Assembly (NCBI GenBank): GCA_951406725.2 | Contig: OX597823.1 | Location: 49,848,001-49,912,000 of the forward strand | Origin: Octopus vulgaris | Taxonomy: Eukaryota | Reading direction: 5' to 3' | Length of the DNA: 64,000 bases | In this document: in pieces, positions 38,347-51,561 of the stretch | Layout of the letters: the number at the start of each line of letters is the position of its first letter | Position numbering within the stretch: the first letter of the stretch is position 1 | Translations under genes and position numbers: made by a program | Notes under the pieces: generated by a model | What the model saw: the letters and a program-made list of their open reading frames with translations, nothing else | Database searches by the model: none | Told to the model about the DNA's origin: nothing

Positions 38347-39594
38347 ACTTCAGTTTCTTTCTACCAAATCCACCCACAAGGCTTTGAATGGCCTGAGGCT
38401 GTAATAGTAGACACTTGCCCAAAGTGCCACACAGTGGAACTGAACCCTGAACCATGTGGTTGGGGAGCAAGCTTCATACCATTACAGCCACTCCTACACC
38501 TAAGTGTGGGAACAAAATTTGTTTAGGGTCTGCAAACCCAGATTCAACCCAGGAAATTCAAAGCATTTTCATTGCCCCAACAAAAACTTTTAAGGCTATG
38601 CTTGCTCTGCTGCACCTCCTGTTCCTGAGCCTATGAATGTTTATGTGCTTTCCTCAAGTTATATTTATCAACCTAAAGTGAAATGCTTCCATTGTGAAAT
38701 TCATATACAACTGTAAAGTCTGCTAGTAAGGAATTTACAGTGAGTTTCAGGATACTTTGTAGAATATTTATTACCAATCAATAAATGATATCTAAAAGTA
38801 GGGCCAACTTGATTTATTTGCTGATACTGTGGTTTAAGTCAGATAAATTCACTCAGGAAAAACAGTAAAAATGATTGCATGTGTTAACGATCATTTTTTT
38901 TCAACATTTTGTCTTATTTCTCATCAGATCATCCATACTTTCTATTGTCTTTTTTTCACATGTCAGGTGAACTTTCAACAAGAGATGAAATTCTTTTCTT
39001 TTTTTCCTTATTTCTTGGTATGTAGAAAGCAGATTTAAGCAGATAATGATGCTACAGTTGTGCCAAAAGTAACGGTTGCCTCTAGTTTCTTTTCTTTGTC
39101 CTTTGATAAATACCTCCCATTTGGCAAATATACAGCAATTCTATTTTCTTTTTCTCTTCTTTCTTTTTCTTTTTTTTTAGTCATGAATTCAATCTAAATT
39201 AAGAGAAAGTTTATTATAATCTCAACTACTAACACTATTTTGATGAAGAATCTTAGAATCACCCATCTAAACAACTGTTTAACAAAGGTTTCTTTACATT
39301 GTTATATATTATCATAGAGACAACCAGGCCATCAGTTGCTGTCCTACATCACTGGTCACAATGTGCTTTTAATTCTGTATTGATTGTGCCATTGTTTTCC
39401 ATCTTTATCCCAATTGCTTGACCAAATCATATTCCCATCATTATGGAGGCTTTCCAAGTTGTCATTACAAATCTTTTGGATTCCCCTTGGAAGCTGCACA
39501 GATTCACCTGTTGTCTGTGAACCATTCTACATGCCTGGCCCAGTGAAAGATATATATAGTTGATGTTATTTACATTTTAAGTACATGCTCAACA

Positions 39595-39965
39595 GTAATG
39601 GCTATGTAGTACGAAATTTGTTTCCAAACATAAGGTTCCAGGTTCAATCCCACTATGTGGCACATTGAACAAGTGTCTTCTTCTATAGTTCTGGGCCAAT
39701 CAAAGCCTTGTAAGTGGATTTGATAGATGGAAACTGGAAGAAGCCTGGCATACACACACACATATATGTATTTGTATACATCTATATGTATTTGTCTTTG
39801 AGTTTGTATTTATGCCCTGGCACCACTTGACAATGATAAGATAAGTATCAGGCTTTAAAAAAATAGTATGGAATCAATACATTCGATTAAAACCTTTGAA
39901 GGCAGTGCCCCAGCATGGCCACAACCCAATGACTGAAACAAGTAAAAGATAAAAGGAGATAAAAG
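39595..39965 (+). mobile_element. Family A SINE (diverged), forward
   Basis: Head GGTTCCAGGTTCAATCCCAC and tail CCCCAGCATGGCCACAACCCAATGACTGAAACAAGTAAAAG. Confidence 0.8.
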
Positions 39966-39984
39966 AAATCTTACAAAGAGGATA

Positions 39985-40199
39985 TCTTTATTCTTTTCCT
40001 TGTTTCAGTCATTAGAATGCGGCCATACTGGAGCACCACCTTGAAGAACCTTTTGTCAAATGAATTGACTCCAGTACCTTTTTTTAAAGCCTGGTACTTA
40101 CTCTATCAGTCTCCTTTGCCAAACCACTGAGTTATGGGGACATAAACACACCAACGCTGGTTGTCAAGCAGTTATGGGAGACAAACACAGACACAATGG

Positions 40200-40233
<34 letters not shown>

Positions 40234-40390
40234 ACAAGCTTCTTTCAGTTTCTATCTGCCAAATCCACTCACAAGGCTTTGGTTGGCCTGAGGCTATAGC
40301 AGAAGACACTTACCCAAGGTGCTCTGCAGTGGGACTGAACCCAGAACCTTGTGGTTGGGAAGCAAACTTCTTACCACACAGCCATGCCTA
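39985..40390 (-). mobile_element. Family A SINE, reverse
   Basis: Homologous to 10558-10984; tail-to-tail with the preceding copy. Confidence 0.85.
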
Positions 40391-40994
40391 TGTCTATATA
40401 TGTTAAACATTTTATTTTATTTGGTTATCTTATTTACTTCAGTTCTCTATAGTTTTTGTAAATGTTATCTGCAATATTAGGGAGCTACTAAAAACTTCAT
40501 CATCATGTGATCTGTTGAGGATAAGTCAGTCTTGTAAAAGCTAACTTAGCTTTATGTACAGGGCTAACTGAATTAAGAACAGCAAGCTAACCAAACATAA
40601 CACTTACCAAGTGAAATTAATAAATAATTAATTGTAACAGAGGCAGCCTTAATAATAAAAAGTAATAATCATCTACCACTTACAGAGGATGCTATGCTAG
40701 AACACAAAATATTGTAACAAGCAAAGTAGTTAGTCAGAAAATTTTTGTAAGAGATGAAAGTAGTAACTATACTAAAAAAATAATGTTTATTGCCACATCA
40801 GTATGGCTGTTCCATAGGAATTGACATTATTACTGCTTTTAACCCCAGGAAGAGCTTCTTCCAGCTGGTTTTCGATGCAATCTGCACCTGATATTTATAG
40901 CAGGCAGGGGAGCAAACCCCTGCCATACAGATGACAGGATCCCCAGACCATACAGTTTTGGGCTGTTTATGCCCAACATCAGTGGGGAATACCT

Positions 40995-41219
40995 ATTTCT
41001 TTACTACCCCCAAGGGGCTAAACATAGAAGGAACAAACAGACAGACAAACAGATTAAGTCGATTATATCAACCCCAGTGCGTAACTGGTACTTATTTAAT
41101 CGACCCCGGAAGGATGAAAGGCAAAGTCGACCTCGGAAGAATTTGAACTCAGAACGTAGCGGCAGACCAAATACCACTAAGCATTTCACCCGGTGTGTTA
41201 ACGTTTCTGGCAGCTTACC
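40995..41219 (-). mobile_element. Family B SINE with 15-bp target-site duplication
   Basis: CAGTGGGGAATACCT at 40980-40994 and 41220-41234. Confidence 0.9.
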
Positions 41220-42145
41220 CAGTGGGGAATACCTGTCCACTAGAGGTAGCAGTAATTTGCTCCAGCTCACTGAAACCATTCTGTCTGGGGATGATTCCGT
41301 CATCTGTTGGGAGACGGTAGGGATTCACTCCCTTGCTTGCAATATATATTGGGTGTAAACTACATCAATAACCAGCAGGATGAGGGTCTTGCTGGGGTAG
41401 TAAAGTTGATTCCTATGGAACAGCCATATTGCTATAGCGATAAACATCACAAAATACTGAGCTATTTACCATGAGAGAACCTCTCATATGGACTTGTGGT
41501 GCATAAAAGTACTTGTGCTTGTATTGCTGATGGGTGTGAACCATCTGCTATGGCAGTCAGATCACATGATTTCATCCTTCCTTAGCCTTGTCAATGACAG
41601 ACGTCCAGCAAGACATAGCAGATGATTTTCCCATGAGTGATATATAAAAGATCAGTATTTATTCAGGCACTAGTGTCACAAATAGCCTGTGGACTTATAG
41701 AAAAAATAATTAGTAGCAACAGAGGCAGTATTAATACCAAAAGATAATATTTATCACCCAATTAATGGGGATGTTATGTTAGAACACAGAATACTGTGGT
41801 ATTTCCCACGAGAGAACCTCTCATTATGGTGCATATAGGAGCACTCCATCGGTTACGACAACGAGGGTCCCAGCTGATATGATCAACAGAACAGCTTGCT
41901 CATGAAATTAACGTGCAAGTGACTGAGCAATCCACAGACACATGTACCCTTAACGCAGTTCTCAGAGAGATTCAGCATGACACAGAGTGTGACAAGGCTG
42001 GCCCTTTGAAATAGAGGTACAACTCATATTTGCCCACTGAATGGACTGGAGCAACATGAAATAAAGTGTCTTGCTCAAAGACACAATGTGTTGCCGGGAA
42101 TTGAACTCACAACCTTACAATCGTGAGCCAAATACCCTAACCACT

Positions 42146-43613
42146 AAAGGCGACCACACATCGCCTGTCAACTATCGCCCCGTCAGTCTTACTAGCTGCA
42201 TTGCCAAACTGATGGAATCCTGTATCAGAGAAACCCTCTGGGACTTCTGAAAGTCTCACAGCCTCATCCAGCCATCACAATTCGGATTTATTCCTAACTC
42301 CAGCTGCTGTAATCAACTCATCAAGTTTCTTGAGGATGTTACCCAAATCACTGATCGCGGATCCTGGGTGGATGTTGTTTACCTGGACTTTGCTAAGGCT
42401 TTTAACTCTGTGCCACACAAAAAACTTATGGTGAAGCTTTCTGTGTTGGGTGTAAGAGACGAACTCTATAACTGGTTGAAGTCCTTTATTTTCAGCCGAA
42501 AAGAGGTTGTCACAGTTCTAGGACAGCACTCTTCGCTCTATGAGATGACGTCTGGTGTACCACAGGGATCTGTTCTTGGCCCCCTTTTATTTGTTGCATA
42601 TGTTAATGACATAGATGCCAACTTAAAGAATGCCACAGTGCTGAAATATGCAGATGACATCAAGCTGTACCTCGAAATAAAGAGGTCAAATCCTGTACAC
42701 TATAGATCTCTATTGCAAGCAGACCTGGACACAATGCAGCAGTAGATCATGGACTGGCAACTCAAGCTGGCTGTGGACAAATGTACCACCATGCATTTTG
42801 GGAGGAGAAACCCAGCGTCCACCTACTCCCTCCACAACACTAGTCTCAAAAAGTCTTCATGTGAACGTGACCTGGGTGTTATTGTCGACAATGATTTGTG
42901 TTGGACAAAACACATCGCTAAAATTGTCAAGAAGGCTGAGGGTGTCTTGGCATCACTCACCAAATCCTTTGTGAGCCGCTCTCCGGCTATCTATCTGCGG
43001 CTTTATATAGCTATGGTAAGACCTCACCTGGAATTTGCATCACCGGTCTGGAACCCCTATCTTGCCCAGGATATCAATCGTCTGGAAGCTGTTCAGTGAT
43101 GTGCAACCAAAAGAATACCCTCCATCAGGCATTTGCCATATCCTGAACGCCTTACTTCCCTGGGCATGGACACATTGAAACTCCAATGTCTGGCAGCTGA
43201 CTTGGCAGACACCCATAAAATTATCAACCATCGTACAAACAATAACTCTGAGCACCTTTTAAAACTCCACCCATCTAACACCCGTGGACATATTTACAAA
43301 GTAAGAAAACAGCGCAGCTCCATGACTTCAGGAAACATTTTTTCACGCTGAGAGTTGCTGAAGCATGAAACAAACTGCCGGCATTGGTTGTTAGTTATCG
43401 GAGCACTACATCCTTCAAAACTTCCATGCTTCCTGAGATTCGCCAACACTACACTTGTTTTTCTCCCCTCCATACACACACAAGCATGTATCTGACTCAT
43501 ACATTGTTCGCTTTCCAGACATTTCTACATTACTGCATGTACTTTATATGCACTTTCTGACAAGTTGTGGTGCACCTGAGCAATGTATACAATAATTTCA
43601 TTATTATTATTAT
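42146..43613 (+). mobile_element. 5'-truncated CR1-clade LINE (RT domain to 3' end), inactivated
   Basis: NYRPVSLTSCIAKLME, QFGF, DVVYLDFAKAFNSVPH, SGVPQGSVLGPLLF, YADDIKLY, ERDLGVIVD and VRPHLEFASPVWNPY. In-frame stops near 42249, 42743 and 43097; (ATT)n tail. Confidence 0.93.
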
Positions 43614-44496
43614 TTTATATTTATATCACTTGCAGGCAAGAACCATCCACTTACCAGTTATATTGTGTTGACACTCCTGTTAATGGTAACCTGTATCACC
43701 CTTGTGGTACTTATTTGCAGATAGGTAGACTAGTCTATTTTAGTCTTAAACATCTTGGTAACAGACAAAGTAAAATGTTGCTGACATGATACAAACTAAC
43801 AAACTCTTGACTCTGGGGACTCAACAAGAAACTGTTATTTCTGCAATTTAGTGCCAATTTCAATTTTTTTCTGTATTTGTGAATGTAATTTGCATTATAA
43901 TGTTATGCATGCTGCTGCCACATAAAATGCACCCAAAACACTCAATAAAATGGTTGGCATTAGGAAGGGCATCAAGCCACAGAAACCATACCAAACAGAT
44001 AATGAGGCCTGGTGCAGCTCCCAGCCTAACCAGTTTCCGTCAAACCTTCTAATGCATGCCAGCATGGAAAATGGACATTAAATGATGATGATGATGATGA
44101 CAACGACGACAACAATGACGATGATGAAGAGGATGACATTTTCTTTTAATAATTTATCTTTAAAAATAATGGTCTTCTCTAGCAGCCATCTCCATGGGTT
44201 GGACTTGGAGGAAAAACAAAAAAAACTTCAGTTATATGATCTTGTGATTTTCAAGTGATTAGAAGGCTTGTCTAACATGTGACATTATGGAAAAAACAGA
44301 TGCAAAATGATGATGATGACGACGACAATGATGAAGATGATGACATCAACAATGACAATGATCATGACGATGATGATGATGATATGTCAGCTTTCCAGAA
44401 CTAGAATTTATATCTATAGAATCTACGAAATTTATTGCTTGTGAGTGAATTTAATTTGGTGAATGGAAATTGTATGGAAGCCCATTGTAAATATAT

Positions 44497-44878
44497 ACTC
44501 TTTTACTTGTTTCAGTCATTTGACTGCGGCCATGCTGGAGCACCGCCTTTAGTTGAGGAAATCGACCCCCAGGACTTATTCTTTGTAAGCCTAGTACTTA
44601 TTCTATCAGTCTCTTTTGCCGAACCGCCAATTTACGGGGACGTAAACACACCAGCATCAGTTGTCAAGCACAGACACTCAAATACACACACACATATATA
44701 TATATACATATATACGATGGGCTTCTTTCAGTTTCCATCTACCAAATCCACTCACAAGGCTTTTGGTCAGCCCGAGGCTATAGTAGAAGATACTTGCCTA
44801 AGGTGCCACGCAGTGGGACTGAATCCAGAACCATGTGGTTGGTAAGCAAGCTACTTACCACACAGCCACTCCTGCGCC
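44497..44878 (-). mobile_element. Family A SINE
   Basis: High similarity to 49038-49460. Confidence 0.9.
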
Positions 44879-44939
44879 ATATATATATATATATATAATT
44901 ATGTATATATATAATTTATAAATTAAATATATATATATA

Positions 44940-45840
44940 CTAGCAGTATCGCCCGGCGTTGCTCGGGTTTGTAAGGGAAATAACTATATAAGCATTTTTA
45001 GTGAGTCATAGCAAAAAAATAGCAAAAAATGCATTAAAAATGGAATAAAAAATTATGGTAATTTTTTTTAAATCGTTGACTCATCGTAGACATTTTTAGA
45101 GAGTTACTTCCCTTATATAATAGCGAAAAAATGCATTAAAATGGAAAAAATGATGGTCAATTTTTTAAAAATCGTAGACTCATCGTAGATGCACGCTAAT
45201 ACCCAGAAGGGCTCGATATGAATCACGACTATAAGATACCTGGTTTTGGTTACACTGCACCGCAAAATGTGGGAGTAGTTAGGAATCTAAATCGTAGGAG
45301 ACAGACACACAACTTCACTTTTATATATAAAGATTTGTGCAACAACTAAAACATTCAGTTGTGCAAATTGTTTGCACAGGAAACCTGCCCTTTGTGGCGG
45401 TTTTTGCTGTTTTTGTGGATCTGTTTCAGCTGTTTTAGCGATTTCTGTTTTGACAACTTCAAGCCATGAAGTCGTTGTTCTAAAAGAACGCTGGTCTCCT
45501 TGACAACGCTTTACGACGTTGATTTCCTTACACTCCCTTCCCCACAGCTTCACGAGGGAGGGAAGAAGGGGGAGAAGCAACACAGGTGCAGGTGTGAGCA
45601 TGGACGCCAACTCCGCCGCCAATTAAAAAAATATGCGTTAAAATGAAAAAAAATGATGTTAAATTATTTTTTAAATTGTAGACTCATTGTAGACATGTGC
45701 TAATACCCAGATGGGCTCGATATGAATCACGACTATAAGATACCCGAATTTGGTTAAACTGCACCGCAAAATGTGGGAGTAGTTAGGAATCTAAATCGTA
45801 GGAGACAGACACTCACACAACTACAGTTTTATATATATAT
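44940..45840 (-). mobile_element. Non-autonomous Helitron-like element, composite
   Basis: The minus strand ends with hairpin CCCGAGC-AAC-GCCGGG and then CTAG (44940-44943) followed by T. An internal TC-type 5' end (ATCTTTATATATAAAA) lies near 45334. An about 190-bp segment is duplicated (about 45135-45330 and 45640-45830). Confidence 0.75.
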
Positions 45841-46365
45841 ATATATATATATACGCATCTGTGTGTGATTGTGTATGTGTATGTGTGTGTGTGCATGTGT
45901 GTTTGTCCCCCACCCATCTTTATACTCAGTGTTAGTTTGCTTACCTCCCAGTATCTTAGCAGTCCAGCAAAAAAGATATTGACGGAGACTTAAAAATAAA
46001 CCATGGGGTCAACTTGTTTGATTAAAAACCCTGGAAGATGGTGTCATAGCATGGCCACAGCCCAATGTGTGAAACAAATAGAAGTTAAAAGATAAAAGAT
46101 ATGAAACAATGTCACTTTTCACGTAAAACTGGGATACTGAGTTCACTCTTCACTACCAAATTATTTGTTATATTGATCTCTAATATCATTTTGACTATAG
46201 ACTATATTTCCATCTTTGGAACCATTTCATTTCTGCAGTTGTTCTCCAAGATTGAGAATGGGAACTGGATCATTAGAACTCCATGACATCATTAGTTTCT
46301 TATAACAAAATGATGATATACCATTACCGATTCCTTTTGCTTCAAATGTCATTTGAGTAAGTTCC

Positions 46366-46465
<100 letters not shown>

Positions 46466-46754
46466 TATCAATGCTTATCTATTAGTTTATTCCTTACCAC
46501 ATAGTGTGGCACTTTGAGCAACTGCCTTTTACTATAGCCTTGGGCCAATCAAAGCCTCAGGATGAATTTTGGTTGATGGAAACTGAAAGAAACTCATCTT
46601 ATATATGTATATAGTCCAAAGATGAGATCCAGAGATTCTCCAGATTGAAAACACTTAGTAGTGCTCAAAAGATTCAAACTTAGACTCTGATATGTTTACA
46701 AGGGATCAATTCCACAAGGTAAAGAAAGGCTATAAGAGGGATCTCTTATATATA

Positions 46755-46799
<45 letters not shown>

Positions 46800-46978
46800 C
46801 TTATTGTCTCCTTGTGTGATAGTTGTAAATAAATGTCATCATCATGCAAGCTATGTCTTTCATTTCCAATCTTCCATGAAAACATGTCTGGTCACCAGGA
46901 AATATTACCTTACTTTAAAACAGACAAAGGTTGGTAACATGAATGGCATCCTGACATGGAAAATCTATCTCAAAAGAT

Positions 46979-47207
46979 GGCAGACTGGCAGAAACATTAA
47001 TGCGACGGGCAAAATGCTAAGCGGCATTTCATCTGCCGTTACGTTCTGAGTTCTGATTCCACCGAGGTCAACTTTGCCTTTCATCCTTTTGGAGTTGATA
47101 AATTAAGTACCAGTTATGCACTGAGGTCGATGTAATTGACTTAATCCCTTTGTCAGTCCTTGTTTGTCCCCTCTATGTTTAGCCCCTTGTGGGCAGTAAG
47201 GAAATAA
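46979..47207 (+). mobile_element. Family B SINE with 20-bp target-site duplication
   Basis: GAAAATCTATCTCAAAAGAT (46959-46978) and GAAAATCCATCTCAAAAGAT (47208-47227). Confidence 0.88.
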
Positions 47208-47885
47208 GAAAATCCATCTCAAAAGATTCCTCTCACTCATGCAAGCACAGGAAAGTAGATATTAAAATGATGACGATAAGGATAAGGATTCTTTTATCTT
47301 TTACCTTTTATCTTTTACTTGTTTCAATCAGTTGACCGTGGCTATGCTGGGGCACTGCCTTGAAGGATTTAAGTGAAAGAAATCAACCCTAGGTTCTATT
47401 TCTTTTAAGCCTAGTACTTATTCTATCGGTGTCTTTTCCAGAACCACCCAGTTCCAGGGACAGAAATATACCAGCATCAGTTGTCAAGCACAAACACATA
47501 CACACATAGAACAGATTTCTTTCAGTTTCTGTCAACCAAATCCACTCGTAGATCTTTGGTTGGCCCAAGGCAAAAGATGCCCAAGGTGCTAAGCAGTGGG
47601 ACCGAATCCAGAACCATGTCCCACCGCCATCACTTGACAACTGATGTTGGTATGTTCACGTCCCTGCAACTTAGCAGTTCGGCAAGAGACCGATACAATA
47701 AGTACTAGGCTTACAAAAAATAAGTCCTGGGGTCAATTTGTTTGATTAATGGCGGTGCTCCAGCATGGCCACAGTCAAATGACTGAAAGAGATAAAAGAG
47801 TGTATTTCATGTGGTAAACCGGATCTGGATTATATCAGAATACTAATAAGGTACTTGCCTGGATTCCAAATCTCCATTTCTTTAC

Positions 47886-47887
<2 letters not shown>

Positions 47888-47926
<39 letters not shown>

Positions 47927-47945
47927 ATTTCTATCTATCTATCTT

Positions 47946-48026
<81 letters not shown>

Positions 48027-48058
48027 ACATACATACATACATATATATATATATGTAT
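47888..48058. repeat. (ATCT)n, (ATAC)n and (TA)n compound microsatellite
   Basis: Direct observation. Confidence 0.95.
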
Positions 48059-48059
48059 A

Positions 48060-48243
48060 TAGTGACCACGTGTGTACTGTTGGCGATTTTTTTTCCTCTG
48101 TCTTCCCTTCTCCTATGTTTCCGACGAAGAGCTCCACTTGAAACGTTAAACCCTCCTTCTTTCCTTCTTTCCTGAGCATCCAATAATACTATATTTGTTC
48201 CACGTCCTTGCGTTGTTGTGTTTTTTCGTGCTTTCATGTTTGG

Positions 48244-48255
<12 letters not shown>
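48060..48255 (+). mobile_element. Penelope-like terminal repeat remnant with a degenerate minimal hammerhead
   Basis: 48117-48151 reads GTTT-CCGACGA-A-GAG[CTCCA]CTT-GAAA-CG-TT-AAAC; microsatellite flanks on both sides. Confidence 0.55.
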
Positions 48256-48283
<28 letters not shown>

Positions 48284-48321
48284 TGTATGTGAGTCAGGTC
48301 ACTTATGAGCTTCTCACAAGT

Positions 48322-49262
48322 GTTACTGGTAACATGGAATCCAGTACAACCTGTTGCATGGTCGGCCTCAAAGATGCACTGCACTTGTTACTCATGAGCT
48401 AAACCACTATAACATTGACATAGCTGTACTTTGAGAGACTTGTATAGAAGGTGAAGTTCAGCTCGAGGAAGTAGGAGTTGAATACATCTTTTTGGGGAAG
48501 GGGAGACTGAAGGAGGAGCACAGAGAGGCTGGTGTTGGCTTTGCAATTCAATCTGATATCTTTAAGAAGTTGGAGGGGCTTCCTGTTCCTATTAACAAAT
48601 GTCTAATGACTCTACAATTGCACCTGAAAGGTAGATGGTTTGTTCTTCTAATAAGTGCTTACGCACCTACTTTGACTAGTTGTGATGAAGGTAAAACTAT
48701 TTATTATACCCAGCTGAAGCCCATACTTAGGAAAAACCCCAATTCTGATAAAGTCATTCTAGTGGAGGATTTCAATGCTAGGGTTGGAACAGACTGGCAA
48801 ACATGGAACTCTCTAGGATGTTTTGGTGTAAGGAAAATGAATAGCAATGATCTTTGCTTTCCAAGGAATTTTCTACTCTGTTTACTAAATCAACAGAAAT
48901 CACAGGTCGCTGGAGGATTGAACACTTCTCTGAACTCCGGAACCATGAGCCAGTAGTGGATGAAACAGTGATTGATATTATGCAACAAAGACCTATCATT
49001 GGTTCCTTAAATTCCACACCCTCAATAGATGAGATATTACTCTCTTTACTATTTTACTTGTTTCAGTCATTTTGACTGCGGCCATGCTGGAGCACCGCCT
49101 TTAGTTGAGCAAATCGACCCCGGGACTTATTCTTTGTAAGCCCAGTACTTATTCTATCGGTCTCTTTTGCCGAACCGCTAAGTGACGGGGACGTAAACAC
49201 ACCAGCATCGGTTGTCAAGCAATGCTAGGGGGACAAACACAGACACACAAACATATACACAC

Positions 49263-49293
<31 letters not shown>

Positions 49294-51141
49294 TACGACA
49301 GGCTTCTTTCAGTTCCCGTCTTCCAAATCCACTCACAAAGCATTGGTCGGCCCAAGGCTATAGCAGAAGACACTTGCCCAAGATGCCACGCAGTGGGACT
49401 GAACCCGGAACCATGTGGTTGGTAAGCAAGCTACTTACCACACAGCCACTCCTGCGCCTAATGACAGCAATAAGTAAATTGAATCTTGGTAGGGCACCTG
49501 GAAGGGATGGAATTTATGCTGAGGTCTTGCGATTTGGTGGTGATTACATCACACAGTCCCTTCATGGAGGGATGGTGCAATGCCTAAAGACTGGAAGGAT
49601 ACAATTATTCTTCCTCTCTATAAAGGAAAAGGAGCCAGAATAATGTGTGGTAACTACAGAGGTTTTGCTCTACTATCACCTGCTGGCAAGGTTGTGGCAA
49701 ATATTCTTATCTGCTGAATGGGTGTCTTGTGAATGATGTCCTATCTGCATCACAATGTGGCTTCTGATCTGGTAGAGGGACAATGGATATGATTTTCACA
49801 GTAATACAGACACTGGAGAAGTGCTATGAGCAGAATATGGATCTTGTCTAGGTATTCATTGATTTAACCAAGGGCTTTGATTCTGTGAATAGGGCCTTGC
49901 TATGGAAAATACTTGGCAAACTTGGATGTCTGGATCACTTTGTATCTATAATTAAATCATTTCATGATGGGATGGAGACTTGGGTCAATGTTGGTGGTGG
50001 CATGGAGGGACCCATTCCTGCAGAGAATGGTGACAAGCAGGGTGACATCCTTGCCCCAACACTTTTTACTTTGTACTTTGCTGCTGCTTTTACTCATGCT
50101 TTTGATAAGGTTAGCTTTCTTGGAATATATGTCAGGTATTGATCTTCTGGCCGCCTCTTTAATCTGCACCAATCTGCTGCCAATTCAAAAGTTTCCAGTC
50201 TCTTATTCATGACCTCCTTTATGTAGATGACTGTGACTTAGTCACTCATACAGTGGATGACAAATATTAATGAATCATATTTCTGTTTCTTGCAAAGCAT
50301 TTAGACTCTGCATTAGCCTGGACAAGTCTGTTGTAATGTTCCAGCCTGCTCCAAGAAATCCATATGTAGAACCAGCTATATTTGTTGAAGGAGCAATACT
50401 GAAAGTGGTAGACAAGTTTGTCTACCTGGGCAGCACACTCAGCCGTTCTTGCTCCCTGGATGATGAAATATCTTTCAGGCTCCAGAGAACAACTGATTCA
50501 GTCTTGTGTCTGGTCCCAGCATGGCATCACAAGGCAAACAAAAATTGCTGTGTACCGTGCATGTGTACTGACATTGCTCCTTTACTCATGTAAGACATGG
50601 GCCCTTTACAAACGTCATGTAAGGGTCTTTGAACACTTTCATCAGAGATGTATGAGTCACATTCTGAATGTTGGCTGGATCATAAAAACTCCAGACATAC
50701 AGGTTCTGAGGAAAGCTGATATCTTTAGTATTGAGGCAATCGTGCACAAGCACCAGTTATGTTGGAGTGGACACCTTATTAGAATGAGGAATAGCAGGAT
50801 CTTTAAACAGATGCGATATGGGGAACTTGTTAATGAAAGGAGACCCCGGCAGAAACTAAGGCTGAAATTTAAGAACTGTGTCAAGTCCTCATTAAAGGCT
50901 TGTGATATGCAGGAGACTGACTGGGAGAACAATGCTTGTCATCACCACAGGAAGCAGGTTAAGGAGCGGGTCAACACCTTTGAGAGAGCACATATTCTGC
51001 ATGAAGAATTTAAGCATGCTGCTAGAAAGTGCACTGCTAGTGGAGCGAATGGGGAAAGCTTGGTTTACAATGTTCGCAGTTGTGTATGCTTATCAAGAGC
51101 AAGGCTCATTAGCCACCAGCAGAGCCATAAATGCAAAATAT
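48322..51141 (+). mobile_element. RTE-clade (BovB-like) LINE with APE endonuclease and RT, internally deleted, inactivated and interrupted by a SINE
   Basis: Endonuclease motifs VTWN, GVGFAI, ISAYAPT and EDFNARVG; then RAPGRDGIYAEV, NYRG, FIDLTKGFDSVNR, QGDILAPTLF, LLYVDD, FVYLGS, LCWSGHLIRM, YGEL and LISHQQSH. Confidence 0.92.
49038..49460 (-). mobile_element. Family A SINE inserted into the RTE LINE
   Basis: Splits the LINE reading frame TPSIDEI | MTAISKLNLGRAPG. Retains many CpGs, so it is probably a young copy. Confidence 0.92.
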
Positions 51142-51302
51142 AAGTTAGTCCTAGAGCACACAATATTCCTAAAGGTCAGCAATGGTCTTCCTCGGTCACA
51201 AGTGGACTGCCATCATGTATGTAAGATGAAACTGGGAACAGTATTTGTCCGTTGTTATTGTATCTTTCTTCATTACTTCTCTCTCACTCACTCACTGACT
51301 CA

Positions 51303-51342
<40 letters not shown>

Positions 51343-51501
51343 TACTAACCATTAACAACAGCAACGTTACTGCTACTGTCCTTACCACCACTAATACCAC
51401 CATAGCTATCCATCACTCCCCTCTCTTACTGTAATGCAAAATGTAGGCAGGCATGGACTGTTGTATTAATACACACACACACATATATATATGTATATAT
51501 A

Positions 51502-51557
<56 letters not shown>

Positions 51558-51561
<4 letters not shown>

